Shown here: positions 7,363 through 17,019 of the stretch, piece after piece | How positions within the stretch are numbered: the stretch's first letter is position 1 | Layout: each line of letters begins with the position of its first letter | Virus record (IMG/VR): IMGVR_UViG_3300034091_000010 | Location: 1-44,245 of that record | Strand: one strand, 5' to 3' | Source: a virus | Taxonomy: Duplodnaviria > Caudoviricetes | Length of the DNA stretch: 44,245 nt | Made by a program: the position numbers and the translations under genes | Notes under the pieces: model-generated | What the model was told of the DNA's origin: nothing | The model's database searches: none | Seen by the model: only the letters and a program-made list of their open reading frames with translations

Positions 7363-9468
7363 ATGGCAACGTATATTGTTGGCCCAACGGCTGAAACAGA
7401 AACCGTAACGTGGCAAGTTCCGCCGTGGGAAGCTCTGCCGAGCCAGAAAATAGCTTGGGTTGAAGAGCAGATCAAAGAAGGCGAAGGCTACCTAAGCGGC
7501 CAGAAATGCTATACAAATCTAAATGCCAATCTGCGTGTCTTTGATGCAATTTTTAAGGATAAAACCAAGAGCGGATTAGTCACAAACCAATTAAAATACA
7601 ACGTCAGAAAATTTTGCGAGACTCTTGCCGAAGTACGCGAGATCGCCGGTTTCAGCAGCGACGTGCCAGCCTATAAAGCAATGGCGGAGATGCTTACAAA
7701 GGTCTCAAAGTGTGTTTATTTAGAGTCAGATTTCCCCTACCAAATCCTAAAGGTTTTGCAGTACGCTACGGTCATGGGCATAGGATACCTATGGCCTAAA
7801 GTGAGGCCGACGGAGTATGGCTTTGGCCCACGTGAGATGACCTTTGACGCGCTAGGATTATTAGACGTTGTTCCTGTCCAGATACCTGCTAGAAGCAATG
7901 ACGTACAGGATGCCTACGCGGTTACAGTATACGACTACATGCCGATTGCAGAGGCAAGCGCAAAATTTCCTCTGTTTCAAGGTCAGCTACAGACAGTCGG
8001 ACGTAACAATTACAAAACTCTGATTCAGGCGCAGCGGCAGGATTTTGCTGCCACATGGCGTTATGGGATGGTAGGAGATGTACAGAGCAGGAGTTTTGGA
8101 AACCTCTATACGGAGATAAGATACACGTTTATAAGAGATATACGGATCAACACAACAGGAAAAGAAATGCAGATGGGTGATCCGGGAACCTCGTGGTTCT
8201 ACAAAGTTCCCTTTTTAGGACAGCCTATTTTTGGAGGGATGAGAAATGGTGAACCTTACATGCGCCCTGCAATGGTGGAGGATTGTCGAATCTACCCTAA
8301 CCTACGGCTCATCATTACGTCTGCTGGACTCGACCGCCCGATGTATGACGGTACTTCCTTCGACTGGGACTCAAAGATACCTGTTATCCAGTACACGGTA
8401 GATGATTGGGCTTGGGAGGCGCTAGGACGTTCATTAGTAGGGGATGTAGCGTCAATTGAGACAACGATTAGGAAGCACGAAAGGCTCGTAGATCAAGTTC
8501 AAACGGCCAAGATGAATCCCCCAATGGGATACAACTTGGACGATAATGGAGGATCAAAGATTGAGCATTTTGACATCTTTGAGCCTAATGTAAGACTTGG
8601 ATTAACAGGTGGGGAGCCTACTAAAGAGTTCCAATCGCTTCTGCCTGATTCAGTGAACGTGACAAACGAAAACTGGACGCTGCTGAAATATCTAGGAGAC
8701 AAGGAACTTGCACAGCTTGGATTGAATGATGTTGGGAATCTTGCCAACCTAAAAATCAATATGAATAGCGATGCTGCGGATAAGCAGCTAGAAACTATTG
8801 GTCCTATCGCCAAGGGTATAGCGATGAGGATTGAAAAGGCCAACAAGCGTGTTGGCGAGAGGATGAAAAACCTCATTCCTCAGTGGATGGATGCGAATAG
8901 GCTTATCGAATACGTTGGTCCAGACCATATAGCCAAGGAAATGTTTGACTATAATCCAGACGATATGGTTCCTAGCCATCTTCCAGATGAAATGGTTAAT
9001 GGAGGATTCCCCACAACTCCTTCTATGTATGATCGTTTGACTAGGGCAAAGTTCTTTGTTAAGAAATTGAGATTGATTTCAGTTCCTAGCACGCTTTTGA
9101 AGATTACTCAGGCTCAAGAGCAATTGAAGTTTCTCCAGCTTAAAAGGACTCCAGACTGTCCGATCTCATGGGAAACCGTTTTTGGAAAGTTGGACATCCC
9201 TAACGCAAAGCAGGAAATGGAGAAATATTTCAAAGAGCAATTAGAGTTGACCAAGATGAAGATTCTTGCTGCGGCTATGGCAGCGGAGGAAATGAAGAAA
9301 CTTGGTCTACAACCGCCAGAGGAACATGGCGGAAAGGGCGGTGGAGGTAAGGGTGGAGGCGGAGGATTACACGCTGGCGGACGGCCTCCAAGTGGCGGCA
9401 AGCAGCCAAAAATATCGCAAAAGGGCGGAGCAGGCGGAGCGCCCAGGACTACGGTGAAAGAAAGTTGA
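7363..9468 (+). CDS. portal protein
   Basis: 701 aa between terminase and scaffold/capsid; helical and beta segments typical of podoviral portals; disordered Gly/Lys-rich C-terminus. Call rests mainly on synteny and size. Confidence 0.75.
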   Translation: MATYIVGPTAETETVTWQVPPWEALPSQKIAWVEEQIKEGEGYLSGQKCYTNLNANLRVFDAIFKDKTKSGLVTNQLKYNVRKFCETLAEVREIAGFSSDVPAYKAMAEMLTKVSKCVYLESDFPYQILKVLQYATVMGIGYLWPKVRPTEYGFGPREMTFDALGLLDVVPVQIPARSNDVQDAYAVTVYDYMPIAEASAKFPLFQGQLQTVGRNNYKTLIQAQRQDFAATWRYGMVGDVQSRSFGNLYTEIRYTFIRDIRINTTGKEMQMGDPGTSWFYKVPFLGQPIFGGMRNGEPYMRPAMVEDCRIYPNLRLIITSAGLDRPMYDGTSFDWDSKIPVIQYTVDDWAWEALGRSLVGDVASIETTIRKHERLVDQVQTAKMNPPMGYNLDDNGGSKIEHFDIFEPNVRLGLTGGEPTKEFQSLLPDSVNVTNENWTLLKYLGDKELAQLGLNDVGNLANLKINMNSDAADKQLETIGPIAKGIAMRIEKANKRVGERMKNLIPQWMDANRLIEYVGPDHIAKEMFDYNPDDMVPSHLPDEMVNGGFPTTPSMYDRLTRAKFFVKKLRLISVPSTLLKITQAQEQLKFLQLKRTPDCPISWETVFGKLDIPNAKQEMEKYFKEQLELTKMKILAAAMAAEEMKKLGLQPPEEHGGKGGGGKGGGGGLHAGGRPPSGGKQPKISQKGGAGGAPRTTVKES

Positions 9469-9683
9469 GTGTTAATATGGATGAAAATACCGAATCTTTC
9501 CCGAAAAACTTTACTGGGAAAGCGTATGTTATTCCAGAACAAGAATGGTCAGAGTATGATGACATATATCTTCGTATCAATTCAGACGGAGGAGAAGGAT
9601 TTATGCTAGGGTTTCCAAAAGACGACCTTCATAATGCTCTCCGATTAGCGGATGCTTTGAATGTTTGGGCGGGTAAAGAGTAA
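9465..9683 (+). CDS. small acidic hypothetical protein (start uncertain, 9465 or 9477)
   Basis: ORF fills the gap after portal on the coding strand. Confidence 0.5.
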   Translation: MSVNMDENTESFPKNFTGKAYVIPEQEWSEYDDIYLRINSDGGEGFMLGFPKDDLHNALRLADALNVWAGKE

Positions 9684-9708
9684 GAAATCAAACGACATAG
9701 GAGAACAA

Positions 9709-9948
9709 ATGGCAATCAAAATTAAGGTGCAGCGTGATTACCTGAGAACAGAGGCAACCATAGAATTGCCAGCAGACGTATCTCAGGTAGATGAGATTAT
9801 GAAGGCATCCAAGACTGACGGTAAAATGGTTGTTTTGTACAATAAAGGTTACATCCAAGGGATAAACATCGAGCAAAACGAGAAGCTGACAGACGCAAAA
9901 TCTGTCGAGGTAAGGACGCTCCTAAAGGTGGGAGACAAGGAACTATAA
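9709..9948 (+). CDS. hypothetical protein
   Basis: AGGAGA RBS before ATG 9709 (MAIKIKVQRD...). Its stop overlaps the convergent HNH stop. Confidence 0.7.
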   Translation: MAIKIKVQRDYLRTEATIELPADVSQVDEIMKASKTDGKMVVLYNKGYIQGINIEQNEKLTDAKSVEVRTLLKVGDKEL

Positions 9949-10719
9949 GCCGTCAAACAGAGATGGTTGATCGGGCGCGGAAACGAATGATTTTCTTTTT
10001 AGACGAACAGGGAATAAATCTCCTATACCATCCGATTTCGCCCAATTTGCCGATAGCGATATAACGCGAACATTGCCTGAAACATATCCTACTGAGGGGA
10101 TTATCTTATCAATACTAGCCCAACAACGGCGCTCACCTTTACCGTCATAAATCAATTTCACTCCCAATACAGGACAAAACTCAGGTAGCGGGGAAATATC
10201 TTCCTTTGTAAAACCAAAAGGAAGATTTTCATTTTTAGCGCGTAACCTGCATCTCGAAACGGCAGTAGTAGCCCAATGCTTTATCCTTGATAATCTTTTA
10301 GCGACAGCATTGCGTTCTGGATGACGCTCCCTAAAGACTCTAGAATTTAGCCTATTCCTTTTCCTATAGCGTTCAGGATTATTAGCCCTGCTCTTCCGAG
10401 TTCTCTCATTAGACTTCTCGCGGTCTTCTGACTCTTGAGTACATTTCTTGCATCTTGCCCTACGCCCACTTGCAGTATGAGCATCTTTACTGAAACTGCT
10501 GAGAGGTAAAGATTGTTTACACTTAGTACAGGTTCTATGGCGAAATTCAGCGTCATTCTCTTCGAGAATCTCTTTTATTGATTGCAATGGTTCCTGCGAA
10601 CAGTCATCAAAAGAATCCTCTTCTGAATCCGTACTATTCAAATCAAACGCAAAATTTACTACCGACCATTCAGGAAGGGAGGGATTTTCGGGGTACAATG
10701 GGGAGTGTGGGGTTGGCAT
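9943..10719 (-). CDS. free-standing HNH-like (beta-beta-alpha-metal) homing endonuclease
   Basis: N-terminal CTKC...CKKC zinc finger; C-terminal CPVLG...SIDKIIPSVGYVSGNVRVIS..AN..K; AAGGAG RBS; antisense to the operon. Confidence 0.8.
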   Translation of the reverse strand: MPTPHSPLYPENPSLPEWSVVNFAFDLNSTDSEEDSFDDCSQEPLQSIKEILEENDAEFRHRTCTKCKQSLPLSSFSKDAHTASGRRARCKKCTQESEDREKSNERTRKSRANNPERYRKRNRLNSRVFRERHPERNAVAKRLSRIKHWATTAVSRCRLRAKNENLPFGFTKEDISPLPEFCPVLGVKLIYDGKGERRCWASIDKIIPSVGYVSGNVRVISLSANWAKSDGIGDLFPVRLKRKSFVSAPDQPSLFDGL

Positions 10720-10772
10720 TTATGGCTCCTTCTAGCCTGAAATGTGCGGGAGTCTCAAGCTCCCACAACCCC

Positions 10773-10781
10773 ATTATAGCA
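10773..10781 (-). promoter_or_regulatory. extended -10 promoter of the HNH gene
   Basis: Minus strand reads TGCTATAAT about 55 nt upstream of the ATG. Confidence 0.6.
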
Positions 10782-10841
10782 AAAATAATAGAGAAAAAAC
10801 AGCGAAGATATAAAAAAGTGAAGATTTCTTAAATTTACCCC

Positions 10842-10871
10842 TTGACAAACCGGCTCGTTTTGCTCTATAAC
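10842..10871 (+). promoter_or_regulatory. sigma70-like promoter of the head operon
   Basis: TTGACA (10842-10847)-18 nt-TATAAC (10866-10871), with an A/T-rich upstream tract. Confidence 0.65.
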
Positions 10872-10960
10872 TCTTTAAGACGCAAAAACGCAGAGGCGGA
10901 ACAATGCAAAAGCGTAAGGCGTCGAGACATTAGTGCGCGGCCCCCTCCTTTGGGAACAAC

Positions 10961-11001
10961 TGGCGACTAGGCGAAAATGGCCTAAGTCGCCATTTTTGTT
11001 T
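10961..11001 (+). terminator. intrinsic terminator within the head-operon leader
   Basis: Stem TGGCGACT-AGGC / GCCT-A-AGTCGCCA followed by TTTTTGTTT. Confidence 0.7.
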
Positions 11002-11038
11002 GCCATAAACAAATTAACCGAAGCACAAGGAGAACACC

Positions 11039-11143
11039 ATGGCCCGTCACAAAGTTGCAGGGAAGAAGCATGTGAAGAAGGTTTCTGGACGCAAGCGCAG
11101 GGGCGGCAAGCGGCACAGCAAGAAACTTGCGATAAAGGCGTAG
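11039..11143 (+). CDS. 34-aa protamine-like basic peptide (not in ORF track)
   Basis: AAGGAG RBS; MARHKVAGKKHVKKVSGRKRRGGKRHSKKLAIKA has 15 K+R and no acidic residue; tandem TAG TAG stop. Confidence 0.75.
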   Translation: MARHKVAGKKHVKKVSGRKRRGGKRHSKKLAIKA

Positions 11144-11172
11144 TAGTCAACCCCCTCTAACGGAGAGATGAA

Positions 11173-11475
11173 ATGGCTACAATGCCTCAACCTATGCCAG
11201 ATCAGGGCGGTTCCAGTCCTTCGGGAACAGGTTCCGCCCCTCCCCCTCCCCCTTCTGGGGGAGCGCAAGGTGGACAACAGCCTCCATCACAGGGGCCAGC
11301 AAACCAGATACAAACCCTCCTTGGTAAATGGTCCCAAGCCGCTCAAGAAATGGCGCAGGCTTATCCTCAGATCGCTGCTGAATTGAACAAGATTGTACAA
11401 GCAATAGGAGAAGCGCAGACAAAGATGATTGCTCCTCCGCAGCCAACACCTACAACACAACAACCGAGTTATTAA
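11173..11475 (+). CDS. Pro/Gln-rich small head-region protein
   Basis: GGAGAG RBS; low-complexity ends flank a helical hairpin; lies between portal and scaffold. Confidence 0.75.
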   Translation: MATMPQPMPDQGGSSPSGTGSAPPPPPSGGAQGGQQPPSQGPANQIQTLLGKWSQAAQEMAQAYPQIAAELNKIVQAIGEAQTKMIAPPQPTPTTQQPSY

Positions 11476-11506
11476 CGAACAAAGAAATCCGGGAGAATAG
11501 TGAATC

Positions 11507-12505
11507 ATGACAGTCGCCGAAGTTTTGAAGCAATCCGGTCTCACAGATGAGCAGATAGCCGCTCTTGATGCTAAGGCTATGAGTGCGTTTAGCGGAATCC
11601 TAACTACAGCAGATCAAGCTAAGGCCGATGCGGAAGCAAAGGAAAAGGCCGCAAAGGAAGCCGCAGCCAAGGCGGAAGCGGATAGGGTAGCGGCAGAAGC
11701 ATCAGCAACGGCGGCTAAGGCCGCACAGGACGCAGCAGAACTCAGTAAGAGAAGTGTAGACGAGTTCTGGACTAATACTTACAATCCCGGCGTAGCGGCA
11801 TGGGAAAAAGAGCGCAACGATCTAGCAAAGAAGGCAGCAGACAATGCGGCGGAAGCTGCATTCTATAAAGCACAGAGAGAAGGTTACCTTGGGGCGCTTG
11901 GAATCAAGCCTGAAGATGCTCCTACATTTACTCCTCCAGCCACTCCCCCGCCAGACCCGACTAAGACACCCGGAACTCCTACATTTGTCGATCCTAATGT
12001 CGTTGTAAGTCGCGTAGGAGACGGTATGTATGGCGTAATGAACATCATGCATAAGTACGCAACGCTCTACAATGGAAGCCCTCTCCCAATCTCTCCATCT
12101 GAACTTATTAAAAACGCAGATGCCTTGAAGCTATCTCCAATGGAGTATGCGGCTAGGACGTTTAAGTTTGCGGAAAAGGAAGAGGAGCAGCGTCAAGCAG
12201 CAGCGAAGAAACATGACGAAGAAGTAGCCGCCGCAGCTACAGCCGCTAAAGATGCAGAGTGGAAAGCAAAGATGGAAGAGCGGGAAAAGGAGTTTGCGGC
12301 CAAGGAACGTCAGAGAGCGGAGCAAGCTGGAAGTAATCCAGACACTAAGCTGCCTCCGGGTTCGGCAAAGTTTACCGACTTAAAGAGGGCTGTTGCGGCA
12401 GGAGAGCGTCCTGACCCAACAAAGATGACTCAGCAAGAGCGCAGGAACTTAACTCTCAACAACATCCACAAAGCTCTTGAAGAGCGCGAACAGGCAGTAG
12501 CGTAA
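11507..12505 (+). CDS. capsid scaffolding protein
   Basis: Ala/Glu/Lys-rich coiled coils, directly upstream of the major capsid gene. Confidence 0.7.
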   Translation: MTVAEVLKQSGLTDEQIAALDAKAMSAFSGILTTADQAKADAEAKEKAAKEAAAKAEADRVAAEASATAAKAAQDAAELSKRSVDEFWTNTYNPGVAAWEKERNDLAKKAADNAAEAAFYKAQREGYLGALGIKPEDAPTFTPPATPPPDPTKTPGTPTFVDPNVVVSRVGDGMYGVMNIMHKYATLYNGSPLPISPSELIKNADALKLSPMEYAARTFKFAEKEEEQRQAAAKKHDEEVAAAATAAKDAEWKAKMEEREKEFAAKERQRAEQAGSNPDTKLPPGSAKFTDLKRAVAAGERPDPTKMTQQERRNLTLNNIHKALEEREQAVA

Positions 12506-12549
12506 GAAAAGATTGAAGTTGCAGCTTAATAAGCTGAAAGGACAATAAC

Positions 12550-13839
12550 ATGGCGTTTACTCAGAACGATCCAACTTTTTCAGAAATCGACAGCACAAAC
12601 CTAGAGAGTGTGAGGCGTGAGACGGTCTGGAACAATTTTTTTGTGGGTACTCCGTTTCTCGAAGAGTTACGTCGTGCTGGTGTAGCTGACCCGTATCTTG
12701 GCGGCGCAGGCATGACGGAAGTCTTCCTGTATGGTCGTCCGCAAGGTGCCGGTGTCAATCCGGGCCAGACGATCACTGTGACCCGTCAGCAGATCACCGA
12801 CAAGCTGAAGTTCTATGAGAAGGGGTATGCGTCTTGGTTCCCGATGGACGACTGGGAAATGGATGACGGGTCCAAGCAGGGTGGTGTCATTAACTCTGGT
12901 CCTGCGCGAATCTGTGACCTCTACGCTATCTTCATGGAAGCATTGGTCATGCAGATCAATACGATGCTGGAAATGGATGCGTACCGCCATGGACAACAAT
13001 CGACCACAACGATTTCGGATAACCGTTACAAGGTATCGAATGGTTTGGATGAAGCCTTGAATAACGGTATTGACACATCGCTCTATGGAAACATCTACAA
13101 GAGCTATGGTCAGCAGTTGAGGAATGGAGCGGTAGGAGCGGCAATTAACGTCACTCCTCTTTACCTCGGCCAGCAGGTAACAACCGGAACAACGTCATCT
13201 CCTGCTACGAGCAGCCCTGGACAAATCAACTTTGGCTCTTTATTCCAACTTTGGACACAATGTAAGCAGACAGGGGGGAAACCAAAGTTGGGAATCACGA
13301 ATATGTACGGCTTCAAGGCTATTGCGATAGCTTTGGATGCTTATCGGCGTGACGTATCGAATACCAAGCATGACATTACGTGGGATGCTTTGAACTTCAA
13401 TGGAACGCAGATTTACTCCGATCCTTTGGCTCCATCGGCGATTGCTCAATACTACATCCCTCTATCGGGAAACCCTGCTACATCTGGGGCATCGGGCAAT
13501 ACAACGCTAATAGACGGCGTAGGATCGAACACGGCAACAGTCACATACACTACTCCTCAATTCGTTAATGCAACAGGAGCAGCAATTAACTTGTCGCCAA
13601 CAAACTCTGGTTTGCCATCGAATGCAAGTATTCAGCCTTCGGAAGCGGTTTATTTCCTGACGCCTGAGACTTTCAAACTTCGGACCACAGACAAGCCCGG
13701 ATGGAACTTCGGAGTTCGCAGAACGAGTCAGTGGAATAACGTGAGCGTGGATACAATCTTCATGCGGTTGGCTACAAACCTGTATTGCGTCCAACCCAGG
13801 CAGAATGCATACGCCTTTGGATTTACAGCAATTGGCTAA
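12550..13839 (+). CDS. major capsid protein
   Basis: 429 aa after the scaffold; AAGGA RBS; HK97-like pattern (E-loop region, long spine helix, NGLDEAL, ALNFNGTQIYSDP, VYFLT, C-terminal CVQPRQN). Confidence 0.8.
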   Translation: MAFTQNDPTFSEIDSTNLESVRRETVWNNFFVGTPFLEELRRAGVADPYLGGAGMTEVFLYGRPQGAGVNPGQTITVTRQQITDKLKFYEKGYASWFPMDDWEMDDGSKQGGVINSGPARICDLYAIFMEALVMQINTMLEMDAYRHGQQSTTTISDNRYKVSNGLDEALNNGIDTSLYGNIYKSYGQQLRNGAVGAAINVTPLYLGQQVTTGTTSSPATSSPGQINFGSLFQLWTQCKQTGGKPKLGITNMYGFKAIAIALDAYRRDVSNTKHDITWDALNFNGTQIYSDPLAPSAIAQYYIPLSGNPATSGASGNTTLIDGVGSNTATVTYTTPQFVNATGAAINLSPTNSGLPSNASIQPSEAVYFLTPETFKLRTTDKPGWNFGVRRTSQWNNVSVDTIFMRLATNLYCVQPRQNAYAFGFTAIG

Positions 13840-13902
13840 TGCCAGTTGAGGATTAAGTAAGCAGGAAGAGAAACAAGTTTTCAGTAGTTAAGGAGATTTA
13901 AG

Positions 13903-14769
13903 ATGCCACAACAACAAGCACTTCCCACCTGGCTTGCACTAAACAACGTGAATAGCGCGTCTCAGTCGGGTCAGACCGATCCGGTCACAAACTTCCCATA
14001 TGCGGGTGGTGGGTTAAACGCTGGCGACTACTTCGACGTGACGAATGACGAAGCTCTCTCTGCGTCTTACACGACCAACGGCATTTTGTATTCAGGTCGT
14101 TATCGTTATGTACAGGTTGACTCAGGCGCAACCTCTTCAAACGTGAAGACAGGAACCGTTGGATACCTTCGCGCAGGAACTTCAGTGAAGTCTGCCATTA
14201 CAACAGCCGTAGGTTCTGGTATGACCAACGGAACATATACGGTTACTGGGACAACGGCAACAGGCGGAGGTTCTGGAGCAATCTTACAGATCGTCGTTGC
14301 CGGAGGCGCAATTTCTGGAAACCCAACAGTAATTGCGGGAGGAATCAATTACGTTTCTCCTCCATCGTTCTCTTTGACTGCTTTAGGCGGTTCTGGAGGT
14401 TCGGTTGTCGCGCAGTTGGGAACATCGATGAACATTGTTACCAGCGCCGATGTTGCTTTATCTGGTAACGTAGCTTTGGCGGGTGTTGGATCAGTTCGTC
14501 CGGTAGTGTTCTTGAACTCGATCACTCCGGGAAACTATGGATTCATTCAAGAACTAGGAGTAGCTACAGTATTATGTGGCTCGACCAACACACAGCAAGC
14601 AAACTACTTTGCCATCGTCACTAGCGGAGGCTCTGCCAACGGGACACTGGCTGCATCTAGCCAAACCTATGGACCATACGCAATTGGCAACGTTCTTGAT
14701 CCAGTAACCTCACCACTTGCAAATACCCCAATTAAGGTATTGCTTGATGGCCCTACAGTCCAAGACTAA
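13903..14769 (+). CDS. capsid decoration/cement-like protein with inserted beta domain
   Basis: AAGGAG RBS; follows the capsid gene; YRYVQV and ITPGNYGFIQ..G motifs; Gly/Thr/Ser rich. Confidence 0.6.
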   Translation: MPQQQALPTWLALNNVNSASQSGQTDPVTNFPYAGGGLNAGDYFDVTNDEALSASYTTNGILYSGRYRYVQVDSGATSSNVKTGTVGYLRAGTSVKSAITTAVGSGMTNGTYTVTGTTATGGGSGAILQIVVAGGAISGNPTVIAGGINYVSPPSFSLTALGGSGGSVVAQLGTSMNIVTSADVALSGNVALAGVGSVRPVVFLNSITPGNYGFIQELGVATVLCGSTNTQQANYFAIVTSGGSANGTLAASSQTYGPYAIGNVLDPVTSPLANTPIKVLLDGPTVQD

Positions 14770-14777
14770 CAGAGTTA

Positions 14778-14802
14778 GGGGTGGGTAGAAATATCCACCC
14801 CA
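14778..14802 (+). other. intergenic hairpin
   Basis: GGGGTGGGTA-GAAA-TATCCACCCC with a GNRA loop and no strong U tract. Confidence 0.5.
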
Positions 14803-14826
14803 CAGGTTTATAAACAAGGAGAAGCA

Positions 14827-15174
14827 ATGGTTCTCACAACTTTAACGCCAGTGAAGTATCCGATCCATACTGGTAACCGGCAGGTGTTTATTGGATATGG
14901 TAACGGTCCTGCTTCTTACAACCAGACGACAGGCGACATTATTTCCGTTTCTTTCCAGCCGTTCTTTATTGACGCAGTGCTTGGACTGGTTGTAACAACG
15001 GACGGAACCTATATTGGCGTTCCTGTGCCGGTTGGTGGCGTAGCAACTGCGGCAACATGGGCGATATTCTGGTACACGTTCTCTCTCACGAACACTCCGG
15101 GATGGGTTCCATTAGGTAGCGGAGCCAGTATCGCCACAAAGTCGGTACAGTTGACGGTGATTGGCGGGGCATAA
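14827..15174 (+). CDS. small beta-rich virion protein
   Basis: AAGGAG RBS; 115 aa; head-operon position. Confidence 0.65.
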   Translation: MVLTTLTPVKYPIHTGNRQVFIGYGNGPASYNQTTGDIISVSFQPFFIDAVLGLVVTTDGTYIGVPVPVGGVATAATWAIFWYTFSLTNTPGWVPLGSGASIATKSVQLTVIGGA

Positions 15175-15228
15175 CAAAAGGATTTTTCAACAAGGTCTGT
15201 TTTTTCCTCTCCCGGTGGACAGACATAG

Positions 15229-15273
15229 ACGCCCTTCGTGAGTCCCGGCAGGGCAACTTGCGAAGGGCGTTTT
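15229..15273 (+). terminator. long hairpin, probable terminator after the head genes
   Basis: ACGCCCTTCGTGAGT / ACTTGCGAAGGGCGT (15 bp including G-U pairs), then a short T run. Confidence 0.55.
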
Positions 15274-15313
15274 AGGTAGAGGATGAAACAAGAAAAGGAA
15301 AAGGAGAAAGAAA

Positions 15314-15469
15314 ATGAACAAGAGTCATCATCCAAAGATTCACGCAAAGGCTGCTCCCCGGAATGCAAAGCACACAGTTAGTGCAAACGCTCACAAATCA
15401 GGGAGTTTGAAGATCAACCACCACAAGGGCGGTGGCAAGAGACAAGGGAAGAAAACTATATTGAAGTAG
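15314..15469 (+). CDS. 51-aa His/Lys-rich basic protein (not in ORF track)
   Basis: AAGGAG RBS; MNKSHHPKIHAKAAPRNAKHTVSANAHKSGSLKINHHKGGGKRQGKKTILK. Confidence 0.7.
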   Translation: MNKSHHPKIHAKAAPRNAKHTVSANAHKSGSLKINHHKGGGKRQGKKTILK

Positions 15470-15518
15470 TTTTCTCGATGCTTGAGCGTTGATGGGAGAA
15501 AAAGCGGAGGTGCGTAAA

Positions 15519-15698
15519 ATGGCGACGAAGAGCATCTACAACACATCTGGCGGAGGTTCTGCTGCGAAGGTTACGCCGACAAACTATGTCGTTGGCGGAA
15601 CCCACGCTTCGGGCGAAATTGATCTCGCTAGGAAGACTAACGAGGAGTTCCCAAGGTACTACAGACAAGCAGTTCCCGCCAACGAAAAAGAAGACTAA
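15519..15698 (+). CDS. small hypothetical protein
   Basis: GGAGGT RBS before ATG 15519 (MATKSIYNT...). Confidence 0.65.
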   Translation: MATKSIYNTSGGGSAAKVTPTNYVVGGTHASGEIDLARKTNEEFPRYYRQAVPANEKED

Positions 15699-15712
15699 GA
15701 GGAAGGAAAAAC

Positions 15713-15943
15713 ATGGCAACCAAAAAGAAGGCTACAAAGGGTACGGCGTGGATGGACGATCACGACGATGCTCATTTTGATGGTAACCCTGCTTACAGGA
15801 AGAGTCTTCCACGGAACCGGAAGAAGGCAGGAAAGAAAGCCATTCATCCTGTCAAAGTAGCGGGGAAACTCAAGATGCAAGGAACGGCTAAAAAACCTGC
15901 TACAAAGCGGTCTTCACGCAAGCGGGTAGCGGGGAAGAAGTAG
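15713..15943 (+). CDS. small basic protein ending RKRVAGKK
   Basis: AAGGA RBS; 76 aa, Lys/Arg rich. Confidence 0.75.
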   Translation: MATKKKATKGTAWMDDHDDAHFDGNPAYRKSLPRNRKKAGKKAIHPVKVAGKLKMQGTAKKPATKRSSRKRVAGKK

Positions 15944-15956
15944 AAGGTGAGAAGTG

Positions 15957-16877
15957 TCATTCGTAATCGGAGCGCGGGAAGTTGGTGTAGGCGAACTCGT
16001 CAAGATGTTCGATTACCCACCTGTCGAAAGTTCTAGCGGCGGCAAGTTTTCCTTGCTCTGTGGCTGGAAAATACCCAAAATAAGCTCCCACCCCTTTGCG
16101 TCTAACATCACATGTCCATTTGTTATGTTCTTTATTCCAAGAAACTCCTTTGTATCCCGACTTATTTCTAATAGATTTCCCATGTTTTTGAATTCGCTTT
16201 GCGATTTCTTCATCAGAATAAGACGGGCGTGGAAAGTTGAGAACGGCATCGTCTCCGAATATTACAATTGCCCTACAATCTCTGGCGCGAGCAGCATCAA
16301 TTTCTTCTTTGAAATATCCAATACCTATTGTTTTTCTATTGGTCATAAGACAACTACGCCAGAGTTTTTCATGCTTAGCCCAAGAAACTCCGATGAATTT
16401 GGAAGTACAATCTTCACGTTTGGGGCGTCTTCGGCTACACTCAGAAATCTTTTGCAACCACTCCTTCGTATTATGAAAAATAATCATTTTTCGCAACGAC
16501 TCTGGTCTATGCTTAGAGCCTTTTTCCGCTCCATCTCCACCAGATGTGCCATTTGTAAGTTCGGGGTATCCAGGGATGCTTCGATAAAAAGCAATCCATC
16601 GCCTTTCAGCTTCCCGCCAAGCATCACTATGCGTTTTTTCGAGCAATATTATACTCGGCTTAAGTTCTTGTGCGAGGAGAGATTTAATCCAGTTAACTTT
16701 CTTTGTATTTGGAGAAAGTTCAAATTTAGAAAAATGGTCATTGTACCGGCGTTCAGGATCAACTGCTTTGCCGACATAGCGAATATATCCAGTTCGCGGA
16801 TCAACCAGACCATAGATAAATGCGGTATCATTGGATGGCGGCAGGACAATAACGTGTTCCTTCACGTTGTGTTTCAT
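15957..16877 (-). CDS. free-standing GIY-YIG homing endonuclease with two AP2-like DNA-binding domains
   Basis: FIYGL...YVGKA...R...H, EAERRWI, LTN motifs; AP2-like repeats SKFIGVSW...AARARD...NFP and SGYKGVSW...AARTFD...NFP. Confidence 0.88.
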   Translation of the reverse strand: MKHNVKEHVIVLPPSNDTAFIYGLVDPRTGYIRYVGKAVDPERRYNDHFSKFELSPNTKKVNWIKSLLAQELKPSIILLEKTHSDAWREAERRWIAFYRSIPGYPELTNGTSGGDGAEKGSKHRPESLRKMIIFHNTKEWLQKISECSRRRPKREDCTSKFIGVSWAKHEKLWRSCLMTNRKTIGIGYFKEEIDAARARDCRAIVIFGDDAVLNFPRPSYSDEEIAKRIQKHGKSIRNKSGYKGVSWNKEHNKWTCDVRRKGVGAYFGYFPATEQGKLAAARTFDRWVIEHLDEFAYTNFPRSDYE

Positions 16878-17019
16878 AAGGAACCCCTGTTCCTTGTGCG
16901 ACTGTCCGCCGCACCTTTATATTTTACCGCACTCATCAAGCGGCTGGGCTACCTGTTGATGCAGGTTGCGCATGGAATTACCTCCATTGTGCGGAGCCTA
17001 GCCGCACTTAACTCTTCTA

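Noticed and set aside
9943-16877. HNH and GIY-YIG genes as group I intron ORFs
   Set aside because: Both are antisense and intergenic, flanking genes appear complete, and no intron core was recognised.
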